A stretch of DNA of 64,000 nucleotides from Candidatus Nomurabacteria bacterium (GCA_026396015.1 JAPLXP010000003.1:176974-240973), one strand, 5' to 3'. Positions 29,689 to 40,182 are shown, counted from the stretch's first letter. Notes: generated by a model from the letters alone, not told the origin. Made by a program: numbers and translations.

Positions 29689-31911
29689 CTATTTTTTATT
29701 TGATTTTATATCTTCTCCCAATTTGTGTGGATTGTGATTCTTGCACATCTTGTTGCTACATCGCTCTGGTATTGTCTTTGTGCCTTCCATCATCAGACTG
29801 TCGCACATAGGGCATATGTTGCCAGTAGGTTTTGTTTTTATCGCATTTTTACATGTTGGATAATTTGAACATGAGTAAAATATTCCAAATCGTCCTCGAC
29901 GCTCCATCATCTCACCATCTTTACACATAGGACATTTTACTCCAGACATCTTCTTTTTCTTTTCTTCTTCGTCTTCCTTTATGAATTTACATTTAGGATA
30001 ACGTGAACAAGATACGAATGCTCCAAATTTTCCTTGGCGGATTACCAATTTGCCACCGCCACTCTTGCCTTTCTTCTCTCCGCAGAGGGGACATAGTTCA
30101 CCAGTTTCTTTTGGGCCTTCTAGTTCATTGCCTTCCAGTGTTCTAGCTCCATCACAATCTGGATAATTTGCACAAGAGTAAAATTTGCCATTACGAGCGA
30201 GCTTTACGATCATAGCTCCATCACATTTTGGACATTTCATTTCTGCAGGTGCCTCACCCATATTTGTAGCTTTGGCTAGTTTGTCTTTTTCCTTTACATC
30301 TTTTTGGAATGGTATATAGAAATCTTTTAGAGTTTTTACGTATTCACGATTGCCATTTGAGATATCATCTAGTTGATCCTCCATATCTGCTGTGAATGTA
30401 TCACTGATGTACTCTGCAAAATTTGTCTCAAGGAATGACGATACTACATCACCAGTATCTGTAGGATATAGTGTGCGTCCTTCTTTATTTACATAGCCAC
30501 GCTCTTCGAGTGTACGCATAATAGCTGCATATGTAGATGGGCGACCGATACCTCGAGCCTCGAGCTCCTTTACCAATCCAGCTTCACTGTATCTGTTTGG
30601 TGGCTCTGTGAATTTCTCTGTATTTTTAAGTTCAAGAAGTTTTAGTTCTTCACCTACTTCTACCTCTGGTAGCTCTACGTCTTCACCGCGAGCATCTGTA
30701 TCACAAGCGAGCCATCCAGGGAATAGTACCCGTGAACCATTTGCAGTAAAATCTGGAATCTCTCCATTCTTAATGTTTGCAATAATCTTTGTCTTCATCA
30801 ATTTTGCATCAGTCATCTGTGAAGAAATAGCACGCTCCCAGATGAGGCGGTACAATTTCTTTTGTTCTTCATTTGAACCCTCGCTCATATTTTCGACATG
30901 AGTAGGGCGGATAGCTTCGTGGGCCTCCTGAGCATTTTTGGACTTTGTCTTGTATGTGTGAGCCTCAGCATATTCAGGGCCATATTTTTTCTCTACGACT
31001 TTCAATATTTGAGCCTGGGCCACAGCGGATACATTTGTACTATCTGTACGCATGTATGTGATATAACCTTGCTCGTAGAGCTTCTGAGCTACCTGCATAG
31101 TACGTGAAGGTGCAAATCCTAGGCGAGTAGATGCTACCTGCTGGAGTGTAGATGTAGTGAATGGTGCACGAGCACTTCTCTTTTGTTCGCTTGCTTTTAG
31201 ATCTGTGACGTACCATTTTTCTTTTTGACCTAGTGCCATGATATTTTTCACGATCTTTTCATCACGAGGTTCATCGACACACGATAGTGTCATTTGTACT
31301 TTTTTCTTTGATTCGAATAGTCCTTCTAGCGTCCAATATTTTTCTGGTACGAATGCACGGATCTCGCGCTCACGCTCCATGATGATGCGTAGTGCGGGGG
31401 ATTGTACACGACCAGCGGAAAGACCATAGCGGACCTTTTTCCAGATCACTCCTGATAGATCGTATCCTACAAGACGGTCTAGGACTCGGCGAGCCTCTTG
31501 AGCCTTGCGCAAATTTGTATCTATTTGTCTAGGTTTAGCGAGGGCCTCCTCTACAGCTTCTTTTGTGATTTCATGAAAAGTCGCACGATTAATAGGAGCC
31601 TTTATTTTTTTATCAGCTTTGAGTAATTCCTCTATGTGCCATGCTATAGCTTCTCCTTCGCGGTCCGGGTCAGTCGCGAGTGTGATGTCTGTAGCTTTTT
31701 TTGCTAGCTCTTGGAGTTCATGGACAACTTTTTCTTTCCCCTTGGATATCTCATAGTGAGGCACAAATCCAGCCTCTATATCTATAGCTTGTTTGTTCGA
31801 CTTTGGAAGATCACGAATATGTCCGACAGATGCACGGACTGTGTATTTGCCATCTAAATATTTTTCAATTGTCTTTGCTTTTGAAGGTGATTCTACGATA
31901 AGTAATTTCAT
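29689..31911 (-). CDS. topA: DNA topoisomerase I with C-terminal Zn ribbons
   Basis: IVESPSK, ATDPDREGE, SAGRVQS, ITYMRTDS, GIGRPSTY. Confidence 0.97.
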   Translation of the reverse strand: MKLLIVESPSKAKTIEKYLDGKYTVRASVGHIRDLPKSNKQAIDIEAGFVPHYEISKGKEKVVHELQELAKKATDITLATDPDREGEAIAWHIEELLKADKKIKAPINRATFHEITKEAVEEALAKPRQIDTNLRKAQEARRVLDRLVGYDLSGVIWKKVRYGLSAGRVQSPALRIIMEREREIRAFVPEKYWTLEGLFESKKKVQMTLSCVDEPRDEKIVKNIMALGQKEKWYVTDLKASEQKRSARAPFTTSTLQQVASTRLGFAPSRTMQVAQKLYEQGYITYMRTDSTNVSAVAQAQILKVVEKKYGPEYAEAHTYKTKSKNAQEAHEAIRPTHVENMSEGSNEEQKKLYRLIWERAISSQMTDAKLMKTKIIANIKNGEIPDFTANGSRVLFPGWLACDTDARGEDVELPEVEVGEELKLLELKNTEKFTEPPNRYSEAGLVKELEARGIGRPSTYAAIMRTLEERGYVNKEGRTLYPTDTGDVVSSFLETNFAEYISDTFTADMEDQLDDISNGNREYVKTLKDFYIPFQKDVKEKDKLAKATNMGEAPAEMKCPKCDGAMIVKLARNGKFYSCANYPDCDGARTLEGNELEGPKETGELCPLCGEKKGKSGGGKLVIRQGKFGAFVSCSRYPKCKFIKEDEEEKKKKMSGVKCPMCKDGEMMERRGRFGIFYSCSNYPTCKNAIKTKPTGNICPMCDSLMMEGTKTIPERCSNKMCKNHNPHKLGEDIKSNKK

Positions 31912-31918
31912 TTTAGTT

Positions 31919-31989
31919 TATTTTTTTAGTTCCTAGGTTTTAGTAAATTTACTAGAAACTAGAACCTAGTTACTAGTACCTAACCTAGA
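31919..31989. repeat. CTAG-core heptamer repeat between dprA and topA
   Basis: actagaaactagaacctagttactagtacctaacctag. Confidence 0.7.
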
Positions 31990-32039
31990 GTATTACACGA
32001 AAGAATATTTTTTTGCAAATGGTGTATTGAAAAATAAAA

Positions 32040-32903
32040 TTATATTTTTCTAATTTCACCAAGTTCTTCACATATCAATTCCTTTATCTCCATAATTGAA
32101 AGGAGGGCGTTTGCAGAGGCGATATTCATACCAGAGGCACGGACTAGGTCGTCACGCTCCATGGGTTCTTCTAGTAATTCTATAATTTTTAATTCATCAG
32201 GTCCGCAGTCTGCGTATTTATCTTTTTCGCACATGCTCTTGTCTACCTCAAATCCAAGTGCCTCGAGGAGTTCTGCACTGTTTGTGATCGGTGTCGCACC
32301 TTGTCTGATGAGTCTATTTGTACCACTAGATGTATTTGAGAATACGGATCCAGGTATTACTAGCACGTCACGATTGTAGTCTAGCGCCATACGCGCAGTG
32401 ATCAGTGTGCCGGATTTTTCTGCGGCCTCTATGACGAGTGTCGCTCGAGATATGCCAGCCATTAATCTATTGCGCTGGGGGAAGGTATATAATTCGGCTT
32501 TCATCATCGGCGGGAATTCTGCCATCACGCATCCACCATTATCCACAATCTCTTCTGCGAGATTTATATTATTTTTGGGATATAGGACTTTTGGATCGAC
32601 TCCTGATCCTGGCATCGCCATAGTGATGAGACCAGCCTTCATAGCACTACGATGAGCTATAGCATCGATACCCATAGCGAGTCCCGATACGATTACGACA
32701 GGATACCCGCGAAGACCTGCGATTAATTTCTCGCAAATGTCGCGACCATAGTTCGTATGATTGCGTGATCCTACGACAGCGAGGAATACGTATTCATTTT
32801 CTTTTGGTAGTACTCCACGTATATAGAGCTCTTTGGGTGGCTGGGGAATTTCAAGTAGTGCTTTGGGGAATTGCTCAGGTTTTAATTTAATAATACTTTG
32901 CAT
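32040..32903 (-). CDS. dprA: DNA-processing protein DprA
   Basis: AVVGSR, VSGLAMGID, FPQRNR, EAAEKSGTLITA; start MQSIIK at 32903. Confidence 0.94.
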   Translation of the reverse strand: MQSIIKLKPEQFPKALLEIPQPPKELYIRGVLPKENEYVFLAVVGSRNHTNYGRDICEKLIAGLRGYPVVIVSGLAMGIDAIAHRSAMKAGLITMAMPGSGVDPKVLYPKNNINLAEEIVDNGGCVMAEFPPMMKAELYTFPQRNRLMAGISRATLVIEAAEKSGTLITARMALDYNRDVLVIPGSVFSNTSSGTNRLIRQGATPITNSAELLEALGFEVDKSMCEKDKYADCGPDELKIIELLEEPMERDDLVRASGMNIASANALLSIMEIKELICEELGEIRKI

Positions 32904-32927
32904 AGTTTTATTTATTAATATTCTTTC

Positions 32928-33030
32928 GTGAAATAAGCTCTTCTCTAAACACACGCATATTTTTCTGTTGAAAAATTGCTCTGCTCGGCTACCCGCCTGC
33001 GCAAGTTGTTTTTCGAAGACTTATTTTCAC
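32928..33030 (-). repeat. Modular palindromic repeat, copy A
   Basis: Shares CTTGCGCAG, GAGCAGAG and AGAAAAATAT blocks with four other copies; terminal inverted repeats. Confidence 0.8.
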
Positions 33031-33079
33031 TACAGAAGATTCATTTGTATATTCTACCATTTTTTACTATACTTGAAAG

Positions 33080-34345
33080 ATGTTAGACATTAAATTCATA
33101 AAAGAGAATAAAGAACTCATAGCTATGGCCGCTACTAAAAAGCGTATGAAGTTCGATGTTGAAGAACTAATAAAGGCTGATGATAAAAGGCTGGAAATGC
33201 TCCTATCTGTAGAAGCTCTACGTGGCGAGCAGAATAAAGTCAGCTCTACTATATCTATGGAGAGGGACGAGGCAGCTCGAGCTCAGATGATCGAGGAGAT
33301 GCGTGTCGTCAAAGATGAATTAAAGCAAAAAGAAGATGAACTCCGTGAATTGATGGTAGCTTGGCAGAGTCTTATGCTACAAGTTCCGAATATTCCAGAT
33401 ATGTCTGTACCCGATGGCGAGAGTGATGAAGAGAATCAGGAGATAAAAGTTTGGGGTGAAAAACCGCAATTTGATTTTGAGCCCAAGGATCACGTAGAAT
33501 TGATGACCAATCTAAAAATGGTGGACTTTGAGCGTGGTGCAAAAGTGCACGGATTTCGCGGATACTTTCTACTCGGTGATGGGGCACTCCTTTCATTTGC
33601 TATCTGGCAGTATGCGATGGAATTTTTTCGAAATAAAGGATTCACACCTATCATCCCACCAGTAATAGTCCGCAAGCAGAATCTGTATGGTACAGGTCAT
33701 CTTCCTGGCGACACAGAGGACTACTATATGACTCAAGATGGTGATGCACTCGCTGGTACAGCCGAGGTGCCTTTGATGGGATTCCATGCAGATGAGATTC
33801 TCGATGCAAAAGAATTCCCAATTAAATATCTTGGATTTTCTCCATGCTTCCGTCGTGAAGCTGGTAGTCATTCAAAAGATGTAAAGGGCCTGATTCGCGT
33901 TCATGAATTTTACAAATTCGAGCAAGTCATACTATGTGAGGCTAGTCATGCTACATCTGTGGCATACCATGATGAGATAAATCGCAACACAGAAGAATTC
34001 ATCGAATCTCTAGGAATCCCATATCATACTGTGATCAACTGCGGAGGGGATCTAGGTCAGGGTCAAGTAAAGAAATACGACATCGAACTCTGGGTGCCAA
34101 AGGAGAATAAATATCGTGAGATTTCTAGTGCCTCATACTTCCATGATTTCCAGACACGAAGATGCAATATTCGCTACCGTGATGAAGAAGGCAAGATGAA
34201 GTATGCCCACTCTCTGAATTGTACTGCGATACCGACTCCACGTATTCTCGTATCAATGATTGAAAATTTCCAACAAGCTGATGGTACTATCCGTGTACCA
34301 GCTGTATTGCAAAAATATTTAGGTAAAGAAATAATCTCAAGATAA
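33080..34345 (+). CDS. serS: Serine--tRNA ligase
   Basis: MLDIKFI, GTAEVP, CFRREAG, GLIRVHEFYK, EISSAS. Confidence 0.96.
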   Translation: MLDIKFIKENKELIAMAATKKRMKFDVEELIKADDKRLEMLLSVEALRGEQNKVSSTISMERDEAARAQMIEEMRVVKDELKQKEDELRELMVAWQSLMLQVPNIPDMSVPDGESDEENQEIKVWGEKPQFDFEPKDHVELMTNLKMVDFERGAKVHGFRGYFLLGDGALLSFAIWQYAMEFFRNKGFTPIIPPVIVRKQNLYGTGHLPGDTEDYYMTQDGDALAGTAEVPLMGFHADEILDAKEFPIKYLGFSPCFRREAGSHSKDVKGLIRVHEFYKFEQVILCEASHATSVAYHDEINRNTEEFIESLGIPYHTVINCGGDLGQGQVKKYDIELWVPKENKYREISSASYFHDFQTRRCNIRYRDEEGKMKYAHSLNCTAIPTPRILVSMIENFQQADGTIRVPAVLQKYLGKEIISR

Positions 34346-34346
34346 T

Positions 34347-35216
34347 ATGTCCAAGACGCGTGACATACTAACATCACCGCGCGTAGAGGAGATAAAGCGC
34401 ACAAAAAGAAAGGCGAATATTCGTCTTTCTGTTTTGTTTTTTGTATTGTTCATCGTACTGGTCGCCGGTCTTTCTTTTTTGTCTAATTACAAAAAGATGA
34501 CGATCAATATTATCGTTGTGAATGGCACTAGGATAATAAATCAGAGTGATGTTCAGGATTTTGTCGAAGGTAAGATGTCTGGAAAATATCTGTATATGTT
34601 CAATCGCCATAATGCCTTTATCTATCCTCACGATACTATATATGATGGACTACTGAAAAAGTTTACTCGTATAGAAAAATTATCTTTAAATGTAAAGAAT
34701 GTAAATACTCTAGAGATTTATATTAAAGAAAGATCAGGGTCATATATGTGGTGTGGGGACAAAGTTCCAGTAAATGAAGAAGAGAAAGGGGAGAATTGTT
34801 ATTTTATTAATGACGATGGATACATTTTTGATAATGCACCATACGTGTCTGGTAATTTGTATTTTAAATATTATTTACCTCTAGCAAATGCTGAAAATAT
34901 TTTAGGTAGTCAGATGCTATCTCCTGAAATATTCCATAATACTATTCGATTATCAGATACCATCAGAGAATCCGGACTAGATCCGATAATGATCACCGAA
35001 GATGCTGACTATTGGTATGTGCATTTGAATCACAGAGAGTCAGCTACATCTCCGTACATTATATTCAGAAAAGATTCTGATTTAGATAAGGTAGGAGAAG
35101 ATATAAAACTATCCATGAATCAAAAAGAATTCAGAGATGAAATAAATGGAAAATATGATACACTCCTGTACATCGATATGAGATTCAAAAATAAGGTTTT
35201 TTATAAGTTCCAGTAA
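34347..35216 (+). CDS. FtsQ/DivIB-like cell division protein
   Basis: Basic N-terminus, one TM, POTRA-like region, IKER, C-terminal YIDMRFKNKVFYK. Confidence 0.65.
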   Translation: MSKTRDILTSPRVEEIKRTKRKANIRLSVLFFVLFIVLVAGLSFLSNYKKMTINIIVVNGTRIINQSDVQDFVEGKMSGKYLYMFNRHNAFIYPHDTIYDGLLKKFTRIEKLSLNVKNVNTLEIYIKERSGSYMWCGDKVPVNEEEKGENCYFINDDGYIFDNAPYVSGNLYFKYYLPLANAENILGSQMLSPEIFHNTIRLSDTIRESGLDPIMITEDADYWYVHLNHRESATSPYIIFRKDSDLDKVGEDIKLSMNQKEFRDEINGKYDTLLYIDMRFKNKVFYKFQ

Positions 35217-35365
35217 AATTTAAAATAAGCTCTTCTCGAAAAGCACGAATATTTTTCTGGTGAAAAATTTCTCTGCTCGTCGCTCAAGAAAATAACATTC
35301 GTAAACTCATTTATTTTCTAAGCTCCTGCGCAAGACTTTTCTCGAAGACTTATTTTAAATTTTAC
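35212..35365 (-). repeat. Modular palindromic repeat, copy B
   Basis: 18-bp perfect terminal IR AGTAAAATTTAAAATAAG; nearly the reverse complement of copy D. Confidence 0.85.
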
Positions 35366-35378
35366 TTAACAATATATT

Positions 35379-36509
35379 ATGAACAATTTCTGGGAAAAAT
35401 TAAATAAACCATTCTTTGTATTGGCTCCGATGGCAGATGTCACTGATCCAGCTTTTCGTCGCATCATAGCAAAGTATGGCAAGCCCGATGTGACTTGGAC
35501 AGAATTCGTATCTGCTGATGGCCTTGCTCATCCTGTCGCTCGTGAGAAATTAATTCGCGATTTAGCATATACGGAAACAGAGCGTCCAATAGTGGCTCAA
35601 CTATTTTCTAGTCATCCAGAACAAATGCGTACTGCAGCTCGTATCGTGGCGGAGCTCGGCTATGATGGTATCGACATCAATATGGGATGCCCTGATAGAT
35701 CTATAGAAAAGCAGGGTGCAGGTGCTGCGATGATGAAGACTCCAGATATAGCAGGTGTAATAATTCAAGCAGCCAAGGATGGGATACGAGATGCAGGCAA
35801 GGATATTCCATTGTCTGTAAAAACTCGCGTAGGATACAACCAAGTTCAGATAGATGAGTGGATACCATTCCTACTTTCTCAAGATATCGCCACTCTGACT
35901 GTGCATGCGAGAACTCGAAAAGAATTGTCCTCTGTGCCTGCAAACTGGTCATATGTAAAAAAAGTTGTAGAGATACGAAATAAAATGGGAGTAAAAACCA
36001 GGATCATTGGCAATGGTGATGTGCACAATGTGGCTCATGGTAGGCAGCTTGCTCTTGAAACGGGCTGCGATGGCATCATGATCGGCCGCGCGATATTCGG
36101 CAATCCGTGGATGTTCGCTAATACTGTGGATGATACGAGCAAAAAAAATGTATCCGAAAAAAGTCTTGCGCAGCGCGACTGGCGCGAGCAGAGCAAATTT
36201 TTAGCAAAAAATTATGTGTGCTTTTTGAGGAAATATTTTTTGGGCGAGTCTAAAAAAGATAAAGATAGATATTGGCTAGAGAATAAGATAGATATACCAG
36301 TATCTGAGAGACTACGAGTACTAGTAGAGCATACAAAACTATACGAAGAACTACTGGGTGACATTAAAAGTTTCTCAATAATGAAAAAGCACTACAAGGC
36401 ATACTGCAATGGATTCACCGGTGCAAAGGAGCTGCGTATGCAATTGATGGATTCTAATAGTGCAGAGGAGGTAGAAAATATAATAGATACTTTTTTAAAA
36501 ACACTTTAA
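35379..36509 (+). CDS. dus: tRNA-dihydrouridine synthase with in-frame repeat insert
   Basis: LAPMADVTD, DINMGCP, SVKTR, HART, GNGD, IMIGRA. Confidence 0.93.
   Translation: MNNFWEKLNKPFFVLAPMADVTDPAFRRIIAKYGKPDVTWTEFVSADGLAHPVAREKLIRDLAYTETERPIVAQLFSSHPEQMRTAARIVAELGYDGIDINMGCPDRSIEKQGAGAAMMKTPDIAGVIIQAAKDGIRDAGKDIPLSVKTRVGYNQVQIDEWIPFLLSQDIATLTVHARTRKELSSVPANWSYVKKVVEIRNKMGVKTRIIGNGDVHNVAHGRQLALETGCDGIMIGRAIFGNPWMFANTVDDTSKKNVSEKSLAQRDWREQSKFLAKNYVCFLRKYFLGESKKDKDRYWLENKIDIPVSERLRVLVEHTKLYEELLGDIKSFSIMKKHYKAYCNGFTGAKELRMQLMDSNSAEEVENIIDTFLKTL
36140..36242 (+). repeat. Modular palindromic repeat, copy C (in-frame in dus)
   Basis: GAAAAAAGTCTTGCGCAG...GAGCAGAGCAAATTTT...GTGCTTTTTGAGG. Confidence 0.78.
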
Positions 36510-36578
36510 TTTGACCCTAAAGGACTAAATTTTCTACAAATTGGTTACAATTTAAGAAAATTCGAGTATAATATCCAC

Positions 36579-37625
36579 ATGTCTAAAAAAGAAGAATCAA
36601 ATATCGCTCTATATACAAAGTACCGCCCCGAGAATTTTGACGAGGTGATAGGCCAGGATCATATCGTGAATGCTATTCGTGGATCTATATCTGCTGGTAA
36701 AGTTGCGCACGCATATCTACTATCTGGCCCACGTGGTACTGGTAAGACTACTATCGCACGTATCATCGCCCGAGAACTAGGTACAAGTGTCAATGATATA
36801 TATGAGATGGATGCAGCATCTAATCGCAAGATTGAAGATGCCCGTGATATCCGCGAGAGTGTGCGTACACTGCCATTTGATTCTAAATACAAAGTCTACA
36901 TCCTCGACGAGGTGCATATGCTGACAAAAGAGGCATGGAATGCACTGCTAAAGACCATCGAAGAGCCACCAGAATATGTGGTATTCATCCTCGCTACTAC
37001 AGAGCTCGCAAAAGTACCAGAGACAATAGTCTCTCGTTGTCAGACTTTTACTTTCAAAAAACCTACAGAAAAAATCTTGGCTGATATCGTGAATAATACT
37101 GCGAAGAAGGAAGGGTATACACTCGAGGCTGGTGGCGCAGAAGTCATCGCATTAATCTCTGATGGAGCTTTTCGTGATGCATTATCTACTCTGCAAAAAG
37201 TCATTTCATTCTCACAAAGTAAAAAAATAAGTCTGGAACAAATCCTCGAAGTGACTGGATCACCAGATATCACTCTTGTCGATGACTTCCTCCGAGCTAT
37301 TGCCCACAAAGATATCGAGCGGGGGTACATGGCTATCAATGCAGTATCCGCACAGAATAGTGATATGCGTCTATATATGAAGATGGTCCTAGTAAAGATG
37401 CGCGCTGCACTACTACTACGCTATGCACCAAAGATGGAAAATATCATACCACTCTCAGAAAAAGATAAAACATTCCTAGGGGAGCTTGTCCTTGAAAAGC
37501 CAGAGCATATTTCATCTCGTGCACTATCTATACTTCTCGAAGCATATCAAATGTCTAGTCACTCAAGCATCGCCGAGCTACCACTGGAATTGGCGCTCGT
37601 AAAAATCCTACAGGTTGAAAAATAA
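36579..37625 (+). CDS. dnaX: DNA polymerase III gamma/tau (short)
   Basis: KYRP, GPRGTGKTT, DAASN, DEVHML, SRCQ. Confidence 0.95.
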   Translation: MSKKEESNIALYTKYRPENFDEVIGQDHIVNAIRGSISAGKVAHAYLLSGPRGTGKTTIARIIARELGTSVNDIYEMDAASNRKIEDARDIRESVRTLPFDSKYKVYILDEVHMLTKEAWNALLKTIEEPPEYVVFILATTELAKVPETIVSRCQTFTFKKPTEKILADIVNNTAKKEGYTLEAGGAEVIALISDGAFRDALSTLQKVISFSQSKKISLEQILEVTGSPDITLVDDFLRAIAHKDIERGYMAINAVSAQNSDMRLYMKMVLVKMRAALLLRYAPKMENIIPLSEKDKTFLGELVLEKPEHISSRALSILLEAYQMSSHSSIAELPLELALVKILQVEK

Positions 37626-37656
37626 TCGATTTTAAGGTATCCTATAGGAGTTTTAT

Positions 37657-37727
37657 TAGGGGATCGTCTAACGGTAGGACAGAAGCCTTTGAAGCTTTTA
37701 ATCTAGGTTCGATTCCTAGTCCCCTAG
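37657..37727 (+). tRNA. tRNA-Gln(TTG)
   Basis: TAGGGGA acceptor, GAAGC-CTTTGAA-GCTTT, GGTTCGATTCC. Confidence 0.92.
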
Positions 37728-37735
37728 CAATATTT

Positions 37736-38059
37736 ATGAAAACTCTAAAGTTTGTACAAAATTTAGTCCCACTAGTTTTGTCTGAAGAAAAGACTTCTAC
37801 TTGGAGGCTCTTTGATGATAAAGATTTAAAGGTAGGAGATAAATTGAATCTGATAAATAAGGATAATGGAGAAGAATTTGCAAAGGCTATAATTATTGGA
37901 GTTAAAGAAAAAAAGCTAGGTGATATAAACAATGATGATTATGTTGGTCATGAAAAATTCAAGGGAAAGGAAATAATGATGAATACGTATAAAATGTATT
38001 ATGGAGACAATGTGGACAAAGATACTTTAATAAAAATGATTAATTTTAAAATGTTATAA
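37736..38059 (+). CDS. ASCH/PUA-like domain protein
   Basis: LKF...VLSEEKTSTWRL..KDLKVGD. Confidence 0.7.
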   Translation: MKTLKFVQNLVPLVLSEEKTSTWRLFDDKDLKVGDKLNLINKDNGEEFAKAIIIGVKEKKLGDINNDDYVGHEKFKGKEIMMNTYKMYYGDNVDKDTLIKMINFKML

Positions 38060-38067
38060 TATTTTGT

Positions 38068-38433
38068 ATGAAAAATTTAGAAAATTTATATTCAAAATTA
38101 GATAATTCCAAAAATAGAATTGATGGAGTTTTACAGGATTATGCAAATGATTTTTTTGCCCTGCATATTCAATTAATGAGTGGAATAAAAAATGTGAGAG
38201 ATTTATTTAAAAATGGATATAAAATTAAAACTGTACAGGAATATTTGTTTCAACATAGAAATGAAATTCATTCCATAAAAAATATTACACCAGAAGATGA
38301 GCAGGATCCAGTTTTCGTTGAAAAATCTGAAAAATTAAATAACCTTGCAAATACATTAAATATACTTGGTGAACATATCAATGAAGTTGAAATTAAAAAA
38401 ACATTAGAAGAAGTTAAAAAAATAATATATTAA
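38068..38433 (+). CDS. Hypothetical helical protein
   Basis: 121-aa AT-rich ORF, TATAAT 7 nt before ATG, terminator after. Confidence 0.55.
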   Translation: MKNLENLYSKLDNSKNRIDGVLQDYANDFFALHIQLMSGIKNVRDLFKNGYKIKTVQEYLFQHRNEIHSIKNITPEDEQDPVFVEKSEKLNNLANTLNILGEHINEVEIKKTLEEVKKIIY

Positions 38434-38506
38434 TTCTCAATAAAAACAGTATGTAATGTACTGTTTTTGTTTATAAAATAAGGGTATTTTGACTACTTGT
38501 GGGGTA

Positions 38507-38535
38507 TTGACAAAATAAGCCAAAGGGTGTATAAT
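38507..38535 (+). promoter_or_regulatory. Consensus sigma70 promoter
   Basis: TTGACA-17 nt-TATAAT. Confidence 0.8.
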
Positions 38536-38544
38536 AGGAACATT

Positions 38545-39003
38545 ATGAAAAAAGCAATTATATTTTTATCTGTTGGCTTTATGGCTCTGGGAATGGCATT
38601 TTTCACTCTTCCTGCAAAGTCTGAAGCTTTTACAGTATCTTTTGGTAATCTCGGAAATTACGGATCTAGTTATGGAGCAGGTTATGGTATAGGATATGGC
38701 AATACTTATGGTGGATACGGAGGTTATGGCTATGGCTATGGCCAAGGCGGCGCTGTGACATCTGGATACACTAGTGGTACTGGATACCCTTCAGCAAATT
38801 ATAATAATTATGGTATGGGTGGATACGGAATGAATACAGGATATGGTATGAATACAGGATATGGTATGGGATATGCCTCAAGCTACGGCATGGGTTATGG
38901 TTCAAGCTATGGAAGGGGCTACGGTTCAGGATACGGTATGGGATACACATCAGGTTATGGAGGATACGGAGGAGGATACGGATGTTTTATATTTTGTTTT
39001 TAA
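38545..39003 (+). CDS. Secreted Gly/Tyr-rich low-complexity protein
   Basis: Signal peptide MKKAIIFL...SEA, then GYG repeats, ending CFIFCF. Confidence 0.75.
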   Translation: MKKAIIFLSVGFMALGMAFFTLPAKSEAFTVSFGNLGNYGSSYGAGYGIGYGNTYGGYGGYGYGYGQGGAVTSGYTSGTGYPSANYNNYGMGGYGMNTGYGMNTGYGMGYASSYGMGYGSSYGRGYGSGYGMGYTSGYGGYGGGYGCFIFCF

Positions 39004-39057
39004 AAGAATAAATAAAAAGAGCCGCGACATTTGTCGCGGCTCTTTTTATTTATTCTT
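39004..39057. terminator. Bidirectional terminator
   Basis: AAATAAAAAGAGCCGCGACA / TGTCGCGGCTCTTTTTATTT. Confidence 0.8.
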
Positions 39058-40105
39058 CGTCTTGTGGTTTCTCTATTGTGAGTGTCTCTACTTTTAAAGC
39101 TTCACCTGTGATACGCATCACGTCCTTGTCTACTTTTCGGAATTCATGATTAGACTTGTTGAAGTGGTTCACTGTGGTCTCTAATGCCGCACCCATCTTC
39201 TTGTGATACTCTTCGTACTTTTGTAGGTGTGTACCTAGTTCACCGACGCGCTTGATGATATCTTTTGCACCTTCCTCGATCTGCATAGCTTTTAGGCCCT
39301 GTAGGACTGTCTGTAGATAAGCTAGGAATGAAGTCGGCGATACGATGATGACTTTGTACTTACTAGCAGCTCTCTGTATTAGATTCTCTGTATCTTCACC
39401 GACGAGTGCACCGATTTTATTTACGAGTAAATCATAATAGATTGCCTCGTGAGGGATGAACATAAATGCGAATTCCATCGTACCATTCTCGGGTTGGATA
39501 TATTTTGAAGTTTCAGTAATACGATTCTTCAAATCATTTACAAAGACTTTTTCTAATCTGTCTTTCTCAGCCTTGTCACTCGTTTCGCTTATTCTGTTGT
39601 AATTTTCAAGCGAGAATTTTGAATCAATCGGGATTATTTTATCTTTTACAAATACCGCTGCATCCACTATCGTGCCGTCTGGAAAAGGGAATTGCATCTG
39701 ATATGAACCCGGTGGCATGATATTTTTCAAGAGTGTCTCGAGATAATATTCACCCAATATTCCACGCTGCTTTGGATTCTTCAATATGTCTTGGAGGCTC
39801 TGGAGCTGATCTGTGAATCCTACTACCTGCTTGTTAGTCTCGTCTAGTCTTGTGATCTTTTCTGTGATGTCTGAGATAATTCTTGAAGTCTCTGAAGATT
39901 GGTATCGCATAGACTGAGTCATCTCTTTTTGACTCTCGGTCAATTTATTATCAATAGTCCGAGTGAGCTCATTCATCTGAGAGAGGAGTAGCTGTAGTCC
40001 TGTGTCATCCTTTTTCTCTTCAGGTTTTGTATTTTTCTTTAGCAAAAGAAAAGCGATAATAATGCCCAATATAATTCCCAAAATAATTGTAATAGCTGTT
40101 GTCAT
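39050..40105 (-). CDS. rmuC: DNA recombination protein RmuC
   Basis: N-terminal TM, coiled coil, PKQRGILGE, IDSKF, MFIPHE, VSPTS. Confidence 0.92.
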   Translation of the reverse strand: MTTAITIILGIILGIIIAFLLLKKNTKPEEKKDDTGLQLLLSQMNELTRTIDNKLTESQKEMTQSMRYQSSETSRIISDITEKITRLDETNKQVVGFTDQLQSLQDILKNPKQRGILGEYYLETLLKNIMPPGSYQMQFPFPDGTIVDAAVFVKDKIIPIDSKFSLENYNRISETSDKAEKDRLEKVFVNDLKNRITETSKYIQPENGTMEFAFMFIPHEAIYYDLLVNKIGALVGEDTENLIQRAASKYKVIIVSPTSFLAYLQTVLQGLKAMQIEEGAKDIIKRVGELGTHLQKYEEYHKKMGAALETTVNHFNKSNHEFRKVDKDVMRITGEALKVETLTIEKPQDEE

Positions 40106-40153
40106 TCACATATTTTAGCATAAAAAGGTTATTTTTAGACCTTAAAATTACCC

Positions 40154-40182
40154 TTTACAAAATCAATCAAATATGATATAAT
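40154..40182 (+). promoter_or_regulatory. Promoter of helicase 1
   Basis: TTTACA-17 nt-TATAAT with extended -10 TG. Confidence 0.7.

Noticed and set aside
32904-32954. ORF-track N-terminal extension of dprA (similarly 21498-21638 and 38497-38544)
   Set aside because: Extensions run into repeat or promoter sequence; downstream ATGs fit the protein families better
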